Below are positions 39,585-48,775 of a DNA stretch of 64,000 nucleotides, piece after piece. The position numbers and the translations under genes were made by a program. Each line of letters starts with the position of its first letter. Positions within the stretch are counted from its first letter, which is position 1. The stretch lies in the sequence record NC_027399.1. One strand, written 5' to 3'. Below the pieces are notes generated by a model, which did not search any database, was not told where the DNA came from, and worked only from the letters and a program-made list of their open reading frames with translations.

Positions 39585-39678
39585 AATTCACCCGGGTAGA
39601 TTTATCTTTACTGTAAAAGTACTTGCATAATTCTTTCAGTACTGCTATTATATATTCATACCAAACAGGAGAACTACC

Positions 39679-39831
39679 ATGAAATACGCGTACTCTTATT
39701 TTATTGTAAACGGTGAACGTTTGACCATCGGCCAGGCTGCTGTAAAACATGAAATCATTTGCGATGATCTGGCAAAGATGCTACCAGGTGAAACGCAAGA
39801 GTTTTACAAAGGCTTCAGAAAGTCATTGTAA
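39679..39831 (+). CDS. Small early hypothetical protein (not in track)
   Basis: Own promoter, AGGAG SD. Confidence 0.7.
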   Translation: MKYAYSYFIVNGERLTIGQAAVKHEIICDDLAKMLPGETQEFYKGFRKSL

Positions 39832-39913
39832 CACGTTGTGAAGATTGATCCAGTATTAGGGGTAGGAATACCCCTAAAACGTCCTATAACGCATTATAAG
39901 AGGTTTTTATAAT

Positions 39914-40141
39914 ATGGCTATAGAAGTTAACGCTGGGGATATAAAGGCGGCTGTACTGCGTACCCTGAAAGCATACGGCAGAAAGCTGAATGATCGAAAC
40001 GTTCCCTATTATTTCCTTGCTGCTACTCATAAAATGGCAATCGCTGAGGCTCGCGGGTGGCTGAATGATCGCAGTACTGTAAAGAGTACCAGAACAAGAA
40101 ACGCAATTGAGCGATGGATAAAAGAATTAAATCATTTCTAA
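39914..40141 (+). CDS. Hypothetical protein
   Basis: GAGG SD, host-like codons. Confidence 0.75.
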   Translation: MAIEVNAGDIKAAVLRTLKAYGRKLNDRNVPYYFLAATHKMAIAEARGWLNDRSTVKSTRTRNAIERWIKELNHF

Positions 40142-40214
40142 TAGTTCAGTAAAGGGAATCAGTACTGATTCCCTGTTTAGTACTGAAATTATAAGGGGAG
40201 TTAATTAATTCCCC

Positions 40215-40345
40215 TTTACAAATCTTTACAAAAGAATTGTTGACATAGTATCCCAGTACTGGTATTATGTATTCATAGACAGAACAAGTCTTTGGCCCAC
40301 AGGGTGCGGAGGAGTATCTATTAAATGAGAATGATAATCATTTAC
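40215..40345 (+). ncRNA. Gene-less promoter element (CCC..GGGTG family) ending in Fur box
   Basis: CpxR-type box 40215..40229; TTGACA-17-TATTAT; AGAC-AGAACAA-GTCT hairpin; GCCCACAGGGTGCGGAGGAGTATCTAT; Fur box 40327..40345. Confidence 0.65.
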
Positions 40346-40349
40346 AGTA

Positions 40350-40452
40350 CTGAATATATTTCCGCACCCTTTTGGGCTTTTCGATTCCTCTCTACTTGCT
40401 AATAAGTATATCATAATCATTACTGAATGCAATGGTCTTTACAAATCTTTAC
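40350..40452 (-). ncRNA. Convergent gene-less promoter element
   Basis: CpxR-type box 40438..40452; TTGCAT-16-TATACT; GCCCAAAAGGGTGCGGA. Confidence 0.55.
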
Positions 40453-40549
40453 AAAAGAAAATAATTATAAAAAGTACTGAAAAAGTACTTGACGTAATAA
40501 TGTAGTACTGGCATAATGAGTACATACCAAACAGAACGGAGTAACTAAA

Positions 40550-40837
40550 ATGTTTAATGAAAATGATCATATTGTTAAAGAGTTTTCTTTCAGTAAGCCG
40601 ATCCATTTAGAAAACGGTGAAACACTGGACAATAAATTTTATGGTAGTATTATTAAGCGTTATACATCGCGGAGTAGTACTGGAATTTTATGGGAAGTGA
40701 ATAAACAGTACAATGGTAATTCGCTGGTTGTCAATGAGTGGGAAAGTTATGCAGTAGCGGAAATGGATTTTTCTAACTTCATTACTGAATCTTTGAACGA
40801 TGATATCTTTTACAAGTTCACAGCGGAAAGGGTTTAA
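40550..40837 (+). CDS. Early hypothetical protein
   Basis: Promoter plus GGAG SD. Confidence 0.8.
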   Translation: MFNENDHIVKEFSFSKPIHLENGETLDNKFYGSIIKRYTSRSSTGILWEVNKQYNGNSLVVNEWESYAVAEMDFSNFITESLNDDIFYKFTAERV

Positions 40838-40956
40838 AAAGTTTTAAAGAGTACTTGACAACATAATTCAGTACTGTATAATGTATTGCATAGAAAGGAG
40901 ATTCCAGAATAATGGAATCTCCGATAAAACAAACTATCAGTGAAGGAGTAATTGCC

Positions 40957-41568
40957 ATGAATGTTATCGATACCATCTATTCTAAATCTTTTATCGAACT
41001 GAATGAAGAGCAGAAAGAAAAAGCAATCGATGTTATGCGGGAACTGGATCGCCATGATTCAGATCCATTCTGGGCACAATTAATTAATGAAGATAAACAA
41101 GAATTAATGAATAATGAATATGGTTTTACTGATGCTGTAATTCATTATAGCGGCTTTTGCTCACAAGGTGACGGGGCGTCAATTAGTACTGAATCAATCG
41201 ACGCTGAGACGTTTTTACGCAAAATTAAAGCATGGTCGAAATTCCGTGTATTGCATAAACATTTCAATGATGGTACTATTACATTAAAGATCGAACGCAA
41301 CGATCATCGTTATTCGCATGAAAATACTGTTTCTGGTGTGGTGGATTTGGATTATTATACTGAATTCACTGCTAAACAAGAAGAGAAAGCGGAAGAGCTG
41401 GAGACGCTTTTGACTGAAACTATCCGTGATCTTTCACGTCAACATTACCAGGAGTTAAGCGACGAAAACGATTATCAAAATAGTGATGAAGCATTGATTG
41501 AATCGATTAATGCAAATGATTATAATTTCAAAGTTAACAGTACTGGTAACGTATTGGGGTTAGCGTAA
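40957..41568 (+). CDS. Early hypothetical protein
   Basis: AAGGAG SD; YSGFCSQGDGASI motif. Confidence 0.85.
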   Translation: MNVIDTIYSKSFIELNEEQKEKAIDVMRELDRHDSDPFWAQLINEDKQELMNNEYGFTDAVIHYSGFCSQGDGASISTESIDAETFLRKIKAWSKFRVLHKHFNDGTITLKIERNDHRYSHENTVSGVVDLDYYTEFTAKQEEKAEELETLLTETIRDLSRQHYQELSDENDYQNSDEALIESINANDYNFKVNSTGNVLGLA

Positions 41569-41666
41569 TGACTAAATTATATATTCGTTTCTGTTTTGCC
41601 TGGTATTTGTATAATCTACAAAATGGTTATACAACGAAATAATATATCTTTTTACTGATATACTGT

Positions 41667-41698
41667 AAAACGTCCTGTAAACGATTATGGGACGTTTT
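41667..41698. repeat. 32-bp imperfect palindrome, copy at 49893..49924
   Basis: AAAACGTCCTGTAA(A/T)CGATTATGGGACGTTTT; relatives at 39876, 41734, 44918, 54579. Confidence 0.8.
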
Positions 41699-41769
41699 AA
41701 GGAATATTAGTACAATGTTAGTACTGAATGATTTAAACGCCTTACAGTGGCTTACAGGAGATTATATCA

Positions 41770-41982
41770 ATGGCTAAATGTACTATTTGTAATAAAGAAA
41801 TTATTCTTTCCCCTAGTGCAGAGGATCGAGCTAAAAAGTACGGTGGTAAAGCCAGCGACTACACGAAACTTTTTACTACTCATGCGTCTTGTGTTGTTAA
41901 TAAACGTTCAAATGTCAACATTGAATTAATGCGTAAAATCAATAATGATTTTATTAATTCCTGTAAAAAAGTACTTGCATAA
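41770..41982 (+). CDS. Small Zn-binding hypothetical protein
   Basis: CTIC...H..C; AGGAG SD. Confidence 0.8.
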   Translation: MAKCTICNKEIILSPSAEDRAKKYGGKASDYTKLFTTHASCVVNKRSNVNIELMRKINNDFINSCKKVLA

Positions 41983-42061
41983 AGTTTTCAGTACTGGCAT
42001 AATACATCTATACCAAACAAAAAGGGAATCAGTACTGATTCCAAGATAAGGAGTAACTGAA

Positions 42062-42376
42062 ATGAGTACTAAAGAACTGAATGTAACTACCAACACTTAT
42101 AAGACGTTATGCGGTCGGTTGTTACGTGATTATTACACTGTAGAGATTGAAGAACGCGAATTACCCGAAGATAAACACTATTGGGAAAGTGGTGTGAGTC
42201 CTCTGTTACGGGTAACAACGTCTAAGCATGTTTTCTTTACTTCTCGCATTCATGTTAATAAGCGTGTCGAATTGACTTTCTCGTTTAGTGGAAGCTATAA
42301 AGATTATGAGATATTAAATGATCATATCGTTATCAGCAAATTTATTCAAATGTATGGTGCGGATTCTTTACTTTAA
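42062..42376 (+). CDS. Early hypothetical protein
   Basis: Promoter-stem-loop-AAGGAG cassette. Confidence 0.8.
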   Translation: MSTKELNVTTNTYKTLCGRLLRDYYTVEIEERELPEDKHYWESGVSPLLRVTTSKHVFFTSRIHVNKRVELTFSFSGSYKDYEILNDHIVISKFIQMYGADSLL

Positions 42377-42462
42377 GTATTTGACAATTCGATCCAGTAC
42401 TGTATAATGTATTACACCAAAGGGGATACATAGTGTATCCCTGATATAAAGGAGTAGCGACT

Positions 42463-42822
42463 ATGCGAGCTTTTAACGTTTATAAGAATGACAAAAAAAT
42501 TGACGTTGTTTATTATTCCGAAGTAATGACGGCAAAAGAAGTAACCGATTTGCTGAATAGCCGTGGTGAATACAACGGCGAAGTAAAAGCATTTCGGTCA
42601 TTGAATAGTGCGAATATTCGCACAGTACTGAAAAATGCTAAAACTGTTTTATTCAATGATGACGAATATTTTAATAAAGATGTTACGGGTATTAAAAACC
42701 TGGAAGATCTGAAAAGCCTTATTGGTATTAAAGGCAACGTATACAAAGTGGGGGAAGTCGGATCTCGCCATGAATATAAATTAGCCAATAGTGATTATAA
42801 ATTTTCAATCCTGGTAATGTAA
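42463..42822 (+). CDS. Early hypothetical protein
   Basis: Promoter-stem-loop-AAGGAG cassette. Confidence 0.8.
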   Translation: MRAFNVYKNDKKIDVVYYSEVMTAKEVTDLLNSRGEYNGEVKAFRSLNSANIRTVLKNAKTVLFNDDEYFNKDVTGIKNLEDLKSLIGIKGNVYKVGEVGSRHEYKLANSDYKFSILVM

Positions 42823-42823
42823 T

Positions 42824-43027
42824 ATGAAAGTTTATATTTTGGAAGTGGAAGAATGTAATTCATATTCTTACAGTGGTACACTATCACGCGTGGAGGCTGT
42901 ATTTGCAAGCGAGCAAGAAGCCCACGCCGCCGGGATTCAAAAAGTAAAAGAAGGCTATGAAGGTTATAGCGTCGATGCTTATGATATTCAGGGCGATCTT
43001 TCAGTACTGTTAAAGGAATTAAAATAA
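42824..43027 (+). CDS. Early hypothetical protein
   Basis: Coupled to upstream gene. Confidence 0.75.
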   Translation: MKVYILEVEECNSYSYSGTLSRVEAVFASEQEAHAAGIQKVKEGYEGYSVDAYDIQGDLSVLLKELK

Positions 43028-43242
43028 TGGAATATGAATTAATATATCACACTCGGTTATATGTTATTTTCTTTGAAATAACGTTATGGGGAGTAAAGGC
43101 AACGATTTATAATAAAGACGTTGCCGACGATCAAGAATGGATCGTTGTTGCAGAAGATAAAACGCCTCATGATTCGTTAAGTACTGATTTTAAATTATGC
43201 CGTGAATTATTAAAGAGAATAAGAAAAGATAATAATATATAA
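43027..43242 (+). CDS. Early hypothetical protein
   Basis: AAGGA SD, TAATG coupling. Confidence 0.75.
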   Translation: MEYELIYHTRLYVIFFEITLWGVKATIYNKDVADDQEWIVVAEDKTPHDSLSTDFKLCRELLKRIRKDNNI

Positions 43243-43245
43243 AAC

Positions 43246-43272
43246 AAAGGGGATCAATCGATCCCCTTTTTG
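43246..43272. terminator. Bidirectional intrinsic terminator
   Basis: AAAGGGGATC-AATC-GATCCCCTTTT. Confidence 0.85.
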
Positions 43273-43289
43273 TTTCAGTACTGAATTAA

Positions 43290-43400
43290 TAATAGATACA
43301 CTACGGCACCCTATGGGTCAGTGCCTTGTGTCCGGCTTATGTGGTTATTATGCCAGTACTGCGAACATAAGTCAATAGATGATTTGTAAAGAAGTGTAAA
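43290..43400 (-). ncRNA. Gene-less promoter element (CCC..GGGTG family)
   Basis: GTAAA-N5-GTAAA 43386..43400; TTGACT-17-CATAAT; GCC-GGACACAA-GGC; GACCCATAGGGTGCCGTAGTGTATCTAT. Confidence 0.65.
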
Positions 43401-43567
43401 TGCACAGGAAGCGTTTTAAGGCGTTAATCTGTTGCTGGTGGCTGATAGTACAGAGAAGTGTTTTAGATTGATTGTAGGCCGTTGTAGGCGTTTATAGATA
43501 GTAAAGTACTGATAATGTTTAATGATCCTGGTATGTGCAAATTATTTTAATTTTTTTCGTATTGGGT

Positions 43568-43950
43568 ATTGACGGATTATGTCAGTACTGGCATAATGTA
43601 TCACATAGAGCGACGGGCAAGACAAGTAGTCAACCTGTAAGACATACGAAAACCAGGTGACGTTGCACTGATTCAGTACTGAATAATACATAACATCTAA
43701 ATGTTGACAGTACTGAAAAATGTAGTATAATGATTCACAGAAAGAAGCAATCCAGTAAGCATGGATTAGTGATAAACGTAGGCCGGAATCACGAAAAACT
43801 TTCAAGGAAATACCCTTGTATAAAAAGGGAAGCGTTAAGCGTAGAACGTAAACGCGAAAATCCTAGCCTTGAACTGAAAAAGTAAACAAGGCAATTACAG
43901 AAAAAAGATTTAAAAAAGTAGTTGACAAGTACTAACGAGAATGAGATAAT
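43568..43950 (+). promoter_or_regulatory. Tandem strong promoters upstream of the H-NS-like gene
   Basis: TTGACG/CATAAT, TTGCAC/AATAAT, TTGACA/TATAAT, TTGACA/GATAAT, each containing AGTACT. Confidence 0.7.
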
Positions 43951-44003
43951 CTCTCTCGTTGAAACAAACAAACAATCTTAATCAAAACTTAAAGGTGAAT
44001 AAA

Positions 44004-44504
44004 ATGGCTAAACTGAATTCTGTTGTTGTTGCTCTGATCGCTGGTGATATCGCTGCTCTGAATGCTTCTTTCGCGTCGGTATCGATGGAAGATATGAAAA
44101 CTGTTCGTAACAACTTTAACGATTTTTACTCTAAATTCAAAGCTGCAAATGAAGCGGCGGAAGCGGCTGCAAAAGAGCGTAAAGCACAGATCGAAACCGA
44201 AACGAAAGAACTGGTAGACGCCCTGGTAACTGCTGGCCTGGATCTGGAAATGGCCGCCGAAGTCGCCAGCCAGAAAATGGCGGTGAAATATCCCGAACTG
44301 GCTCCGAAGTCGGGAACTGGTAAAACCTGGTCGTTTGAAACCGTATTCGTTAACGTTGACGGTGAAAAACTGGAAATTGGCACCAAAGGCAACAAAGGCA
44401 GTATGAAAGCACTGGCGGCGGCACGCGAAGCAATTGCCGCTGGCAAATACAAAGATCGTGCTGAATGGATCGCCGCTCACGCCTGGACTGAAACCGAAGC
44501 GTAA
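44004..44504 (+). CDS. H-NS/MvaT-like nucleoid-associated protein (putative)
   Basis: Ala/Glu-rich coiled coil ending ALVTAGLD (H-NS MLIADGID); KY...GTGKTWS (H-NS KY...GETKTWTG); GEKLEIGTKGN (MvaT GEVIETKGGN); highly expressed codon bias; AAGGTG SD. Confidence 0.55.
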   Translation: MAKLNSVVVALIAGDIAALNASFASVSMEDMKTVRNNFNDFYSKFKAANEAAEAAAKERKAQIETETKELVDALVTAGLDLEMAAEVASQKMAVKYPELAPKSGTGKTWSFETVFVNVDGEKLEIGTKGNKGSMKALAAAREAIAAGKYKDRAEWIAAHAWTETEA

Positions 44505-44525
44505 TAATTCAGTACTGTAATAATT

Positions 44526-44550
44526 AGCCTCCTGTAATTAGGAGGCTTTT
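44526..44550 (+). terminator. Intrinsic terminator
   Basis: AGCCTCCT-GTAATT-AGGAGGCT-TTT. Confidence 0.85.
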
Positions 44551-44583
44551 TATTTTGTTCAAAAAAATATTTTAATTTATTTT

Positions 44584-44740
44584 TTGAACGGACTTAAAAA
44601 ATCGGATATAATAATAAAGGGTGTTAATTACAGAGACCCCCATAGTGTTCGCTACGCTCACATAATGATCTTACTCGTTGCACTCGTAAGATCATTATCC
44701 AATCGGCCTTCGGCGATTTCTTTTTGATTTCCTACGGAAA
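44584..44740. other. Promoter followed by cluster of GNA-triloop hairpins
   Basis: TTGAAC-17-TATAAT; 13-bp perfect stem ATAATGATCTTAC/GTAAGATCATTAT; minus-strand GCGTAGC, GCCGAAGGC, TCCGTAGGA. Confidence 0.6.
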
Positions 44741-45111
44741 CCAAACGAAACCACCAGCAAAGGCAGATCCCATTATTTGATTTAGTTAGTACTGCAATGA
44801 ATTAGTTTAATCGCACTACAAAGCAATCAATCCCTTTTGTAATAGCTCATAGAACGCAATAAGACGCGTTTAAATGACTTCCCTATGTAATGCCATTCCT
44901 TTTTAATAAGTCCTCTTAAAACGCGTTACAGTTCGTTATACGGCGTTTAATAATACTCATCATTTCTTTTTCAAAAAGTACTTGCATTAATGATCCAGTA
45001 CTGCAATAATGTACTCACTGAAACGCAGTAAGTAAATGCAAATAAGTACTTGACAAAGTGTTGTAGTACTGGCATAATGAATACATCAAAACGATTAAGG
45101 AGAAACACCAA

Positions 45112-45585
45112 ATGTTAAAACTTCATAAAGTACTTGATAACGCAGTTGTAACCGACTTTTTCCTGTCTCTTAACAACGAACCTAAAACAGCAAAAGAAAT
45201 TGTTTTGAGTGGTTACATTGCCAGCAAGTCAGAGATCGCACATTTGGAAAGTGCTTTCAAGTCCGGCGATGCATTGTACCGAAAAATGCAAAATACCATC
45301 GAAGATTTGCAATATATCAATTTACGTGATATTGTAGACAATAAATTGGATATTTCAGAAGAAGCACGCGAAAACCTGGTAAGTAAATTATGTTACCGCT
45401 GCCGAACTGCAAAATGGAATCGCATTCGTAGTATTATTACTTACGATTTAAGTAAGATCGATTCTAAATCAATTCTTGAACGTATGTTATTAAATTTGCA
45501 AAGCAATGAATGGTTTTATACTGCTGCCCAATCTCATAGCGAAGAAATTGCATATATTCGTGATTATGTAATTTACAGCAAGTAA
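45112..45585 (+). CDS. Early hypothetical protein
   Basis: Two tandem promoters, AAGGAG SD. Confidence 0.85.
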   Translation: MLKLHKVLDNAVVTDFFLSLNNEPKTAKEIVLSGYIASKSEIAHLESAFKSGDALYRKMQNTIEDLQYINLRDIVDNKLDISEEARENLVSKLCYRCRTAKWNRIRSIITYDLSKIDSKSILERMLLNLQSNEWFYTAAQSHSEEIAYIRDYVIYSK

Positions 45586-45658
45586 TTAATAATTGATTAG
45601 CCATCATTAAAGCTGGTGGCTAATAGAATATTAATAACCTGTTAGGAGAATAATCTTT

Positions 45659-45928
45659 ATGAAAGGTATTAGTACTTTAATTGATAAAAACACTCATGTA
45701 AGACGTTCAATGATTGCCGTATCACTGGCTAAAGTTGTTGCAAGTGGTTATCTGGTTTTTGTTGTAGATGGTAAATTGCAAGAGCGTTCAATTGCATTTA
45801 GTACTAAAGAAAATTGCCGTTATATTGTATACAAGAAAGAAGCATACAAGATAGATTTACCAGCGAAACCGATCTCAGGCGGTTACAATGTTGAAAGCCT
45901 TTATGAAAGGCCACCGTATACTGCGTAG
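45659..45928 (+). CDS. Early hypothetical protein
   Basis: AGGAG SD. Confidence 0.75.
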   Translation: MKGISTLIDKNTHVRRSMIAVSLAKVVASGYLVFVVDGKLQERSIAFSTKENCRYIVYKKEAYKIDLPAKPISGGYNVESLYERPPYTA

Positions 45929-46182
45929 AATCGATTTTGAGCGGCTTTAATGAAATATAGGGTATCAGTACTGATACCCGTTTAAAACAGTGTAGGAGTG
46001 ATTCTGTGAAGCGTGAACAAGCTTTATTGACGCCTGAAGAGGCAAGACGCTATGAAATGTTTTCAAACCAGGAAACGATCAAAGCGGCACAATATAACCC
46101 GGTTGCTTGTACAGTACAAAGAAAGAATTTTGTACTAAATGAAGTAGAAAGTATTATCAAATCAAATAAGGAGTAAAACGCT

Positions 46183-46455
46183 ATGCAAAATAACCGTCCA
46201 ATGATCCGCAACATGCTTTTCGTATTCCAGAAAAAAGTTAATGTAACTTCGGTAAATGGTGAACGTAAATTAAATGCAGCTTTCGCCAAATATACCCAAA
46301 GTAAAAACATCCATTACTTTTATCTTACTCTGAATGAGTTTAATGATCTGGTAAAAGAAATGTTTGTCAGTACTGAAATTGTTGCACCTGTAAGCACTGA
46401 TATCATTCTAAAAGAATGGGAAAGTTTTTACAAAAGTTCTGTTGTAATCGCTTGA
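46183..46455 (+). CDS. Early hypothetical protein
   Basis: AAGGAG SD. Confidence 0.8.
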   Translation: MQNNRPMIRNMLFVFQKKVNVTSVNGERKLNAAFAKYTQSKNIHYFYLTLNEFNDLVKEMFVSTEIVAPVSTDIILKEWESFYKSSVVIA

Positions 46456-46509
46456 CAACATAATCCAGTACTGGCATAATAACTACATAGACCACAAAGG
46501 AGAAACATA

Positions 46510-46689
46510 ATGGAAACTGTAATTGCTACTACCAAAATCAATGGACTGGATAATGAAGTTTCATTGATCCATGACGGTAACGAATATGTTGTGTCATATG
46601 GTATCTATAAAACCTATCATGACACTATCAATGAAGCTTTTGAGGATTATATGAAAGCAATTGAAATTGCTTATGATGATTATCGTTAA
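46510..46689 (+). CDS. Small early protein (not in track)
   Basis: Promoter plus AAGGAG SD; METVIATTKING... Confidence 0.7.
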   Translation: METVIATTKINGLDNEVSLIHDGNEYVVSYGIYKTYHDTINEAFEDYMKAIEIAYDDYR

Positions 46690-46772
46690 AAGTACTTGCT
46701 TTAATCATTCAGTACTGTATAATGTATTACATCAAAGGGAATGAATGATTCATTCCCACATAACCAGGAGTA

Positions 46773-47132
46773 ATGACTATGTTTGATAAAGTTTTATTTT
46801 CTGATAACACTTCTGAAACCGAGATCCCGGAAGCGGTAAAAGCTTTTGCTCAATTAGTTGCCCAGCGTCAATCTGATAATTACGACGGGCCTTATTCTTT
46901 CCTTACTGAGATTAGTAAAGGCAAAAAGTTTATTAAACTTATTCGCCGCGAGAAGTGGAAAGATAACGGACAATTAACAGGCGGATCGGTATTTACCTTT
47001 ATTGATCCCGATGGTAACATTTACAAATCAGCGACGGCTAAAGCACCAGCTAAAGGTATTCGCGGAAATGTTAACATCAACGGCGGCAATGATGCAATCG
47101 GACGTGATGGTTATATTCGTTACTTTCGTTAA
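46773..47132 (+). CDS. Early hypothetical protein
   Basis: Cassette with AGGAG; FID.DGNIYKSA..KAPAKGIRGN motif. Confidence 0.85.
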   Translation: MTMFDKVLFSDNTSETEIPEAVKAFAQLVAQRQSDNYDGPYSFLTEISKGKKFIKLIRREKWKDNGQLTGGSVFTFIDPDGNIYKSATAKAPAKGIRGNVNINGGNDAIGRDGYIRYFR

Positions 47133-47246
47133 TTGACAAATCTTTACAAATCGGGGTTGACTTCGGTCGCCCCTTTTGTTATTATATATTCATACCACAG
47201 AGCAAGTGGTTTAGCCCACAGGGTGCCGAGATGTATCTATAGTTTA
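47133..47246 (+). ncRNA. Gene-less promoter element (CCC..GGGTG family)
   Basis: TTGACAAATCTTTAC; TTGACT-17-TATTAT; ACCAC-AGAGCAA-GTGGT; GCCCACAGGGTGCCGAGATGTATCTATAGTTTA. Confidence 0.7.
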
Positions 47247-47342
47247 ATAATTTGAAGTACTGAAAAATAATTATAAAAAGTACTTGTATTTGTGATTCAG
47301 TACTGCTATTATATATTCATACCAATTAAGGAGATTATCCAA

Positions 47343-47501
47343 ATGAATACACAATATGTGCCGGTGATGAATATCACTATAGGAAATGGAAAAGGTATGC
47401 ATCGATTCAGTACTACAAAGAGTTATACTCAGCGTACATTAGAATCGTGTGCAATTACTAAATGGCAAATCAAACATTACTTCACTACGGACAAGAAATA
47501 A
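47343..47501 (+). CDS. Small early protein
   Basis: AAGGAG SD. Confidence 0.65.
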   Translation: MNTQYVPVMNITIGNGKGMHRFSTTKSYTQRTLESCAITKWQIKHYFTTDKK

Positions 47502-47613
47502 TGATTGTAAAAGTATTGACAACGATAATTCAGTACTGTATCATAACTGGTGTAGCGTTCGTGTTAGCAGTTGCTATAGTGTTTAGTACTGTAATTGTAT
47601 TGGGGAATATATT

Positions 47614-47919
47614 ATGATTAAAAATATTGAATCATTTGATAAAGCATATCTTTATACCAGTACTTTTCGGAATAGCGATGGCGTACCGGTTGAATTTAAA
47701 AGCGTAGTATTGATCCGCCCAGGGTTCGATATTATTCACATCTGGAATTCATGGAATCAGGCCGCCGGCAATCGCTATACTATTGATAAAGAAATTTCAA
47801 TAGAAGAAGCGTTAAAACTTCCAACATTGCCGGAACGTTTATCCCTGGCTAGTCGCGTGGAACTGGTAGGCGATACCGCACAATATATCACGCATGAGTA
47901 TGAATTTAAGTACTTATAA
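47614..47919 (+). CDS. Early hypothetical protein
   Basis: GGGG SD. Confidence 0.75.
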   Translation: MIKNIESFDKAYLYTSTFRNSDGVPVEFKSVVLIRPGFDIIHIWNSWNQAAGNRYTIDKEISIEEALKLPTLPERLSLASRVELVGDTAQYITHEYEFKYL

Positions 47920-48004
47920 GTGTTGACAACATAATTCAGTACTGTATAATGTATTACATCAAAGGGGTACATAGTGTATCCCTGAATTAACAGGAGTAAC
48001 CCAT

Positions 48005-48253
48005 ATGTCTAGTATCGTTATCAATGAAACCTTATTATCTGTTACTTATGACAATGACAGTGTTTTTCCGGGTAAAGATTATGGGGACGAAATTCCCGTA
48101 AAAGTTGAACTCGATCAGAGTGTCGGTAATTCCGATGATATTAAACGCACTATGGTAGTTAAAATCGGTCATATTACTTTATTGCCCGGTGATATTGATT
48201 ATATCAAAAGCATGATTGATCGTGCAAATATCATCGCCAATACTTTTAAATAA
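48005..48253 (+). CDS. Early hypothetical protein
   Basis: Promoter-stem-loop-AGGAG. Confidence 0.8.
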   Translation: MSSIVINETLLSVTYDNDSVFPGKDYGDEIPVKVELDQSVGNSDDIKRTMVVKIGHITLLPGDIDYIKSMIDRANIIANTFK

Positions 48254-48346
48254 GTACTTGACAACTGATTTCAGTACTGTATAATGTATTACATAGAAAA
48301 GAGATTCCAGTACTGGAATCTCTAAGATAACCCCAGGAGATTAAAA

Positions 48347-48535
48347 ATGGCAGTAGTATACGGTTATATCAGCAAATATGATTTGACTTTCCGGGAAGTC
48401 GGCACTGAATTAGGTGCAAAGAATGCAGCAACGCGAAACGGCTCGACCCGTGTGGGATATCGCAGTAATATTAATAACATGTATATTGAAACGCATATCC
48501 GCAACGATAAAAAGGGTAAATGGGAAAAAGTGTAA
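48347..48535 (+). CDS. Early hypothetical protein
   Basis: Promoter-stem-loop-AGGAG. Confidence 0.8.
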   Translation: MAVVYGYISKYDLTFREVGTELGAKNAATRNGSTRVGYRSNINNMYIETHIRNDKKGKWEKV

Positions 48536-48545
48536 TCTAATTTCA

Positions 48546-48658
48546 TTTACAAATCTTTACAAAACCAGTACTTGATTTAATTATTGAGTACTGGTATTAT
48601 ATATTCATTGGCAGATAAGCCGCAGCCCACAGGGTGGGGAAGTGTATCTATATGATTT
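48546..48658 (+). ncRNA. Gene-less promoter element (CCC..GGGTG family)
   Basis: CpxR-type box 48546..48560; TTGATT-17-TATTAT; GGC-AGATAA-GCC; GCCCACAGGGTGGGGAAGTGTATCTAT. Confidence 0.7.
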
Positions 48659-48775
48659 AAGTACTGATTTGTTTTTTTTATTTCAAAATAACGCTTGCAT
48701 TACTTTTGGGTTAGTGTATAATGTTTTATATCGAGAGGGGAATTGTTTTCCCCTCCACATTAAGGAAATGAAATT

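Noticed and set aside
43542-43971. ORFs 43542..43805(-), 43789..43971(-), 49149..49373(+), 5762..5950(+), 47292 and 50278 upstream extensions
   Set aside because: They overlap promoter or structured DNA and lack SDs; real starts lie downstream of the cassettes
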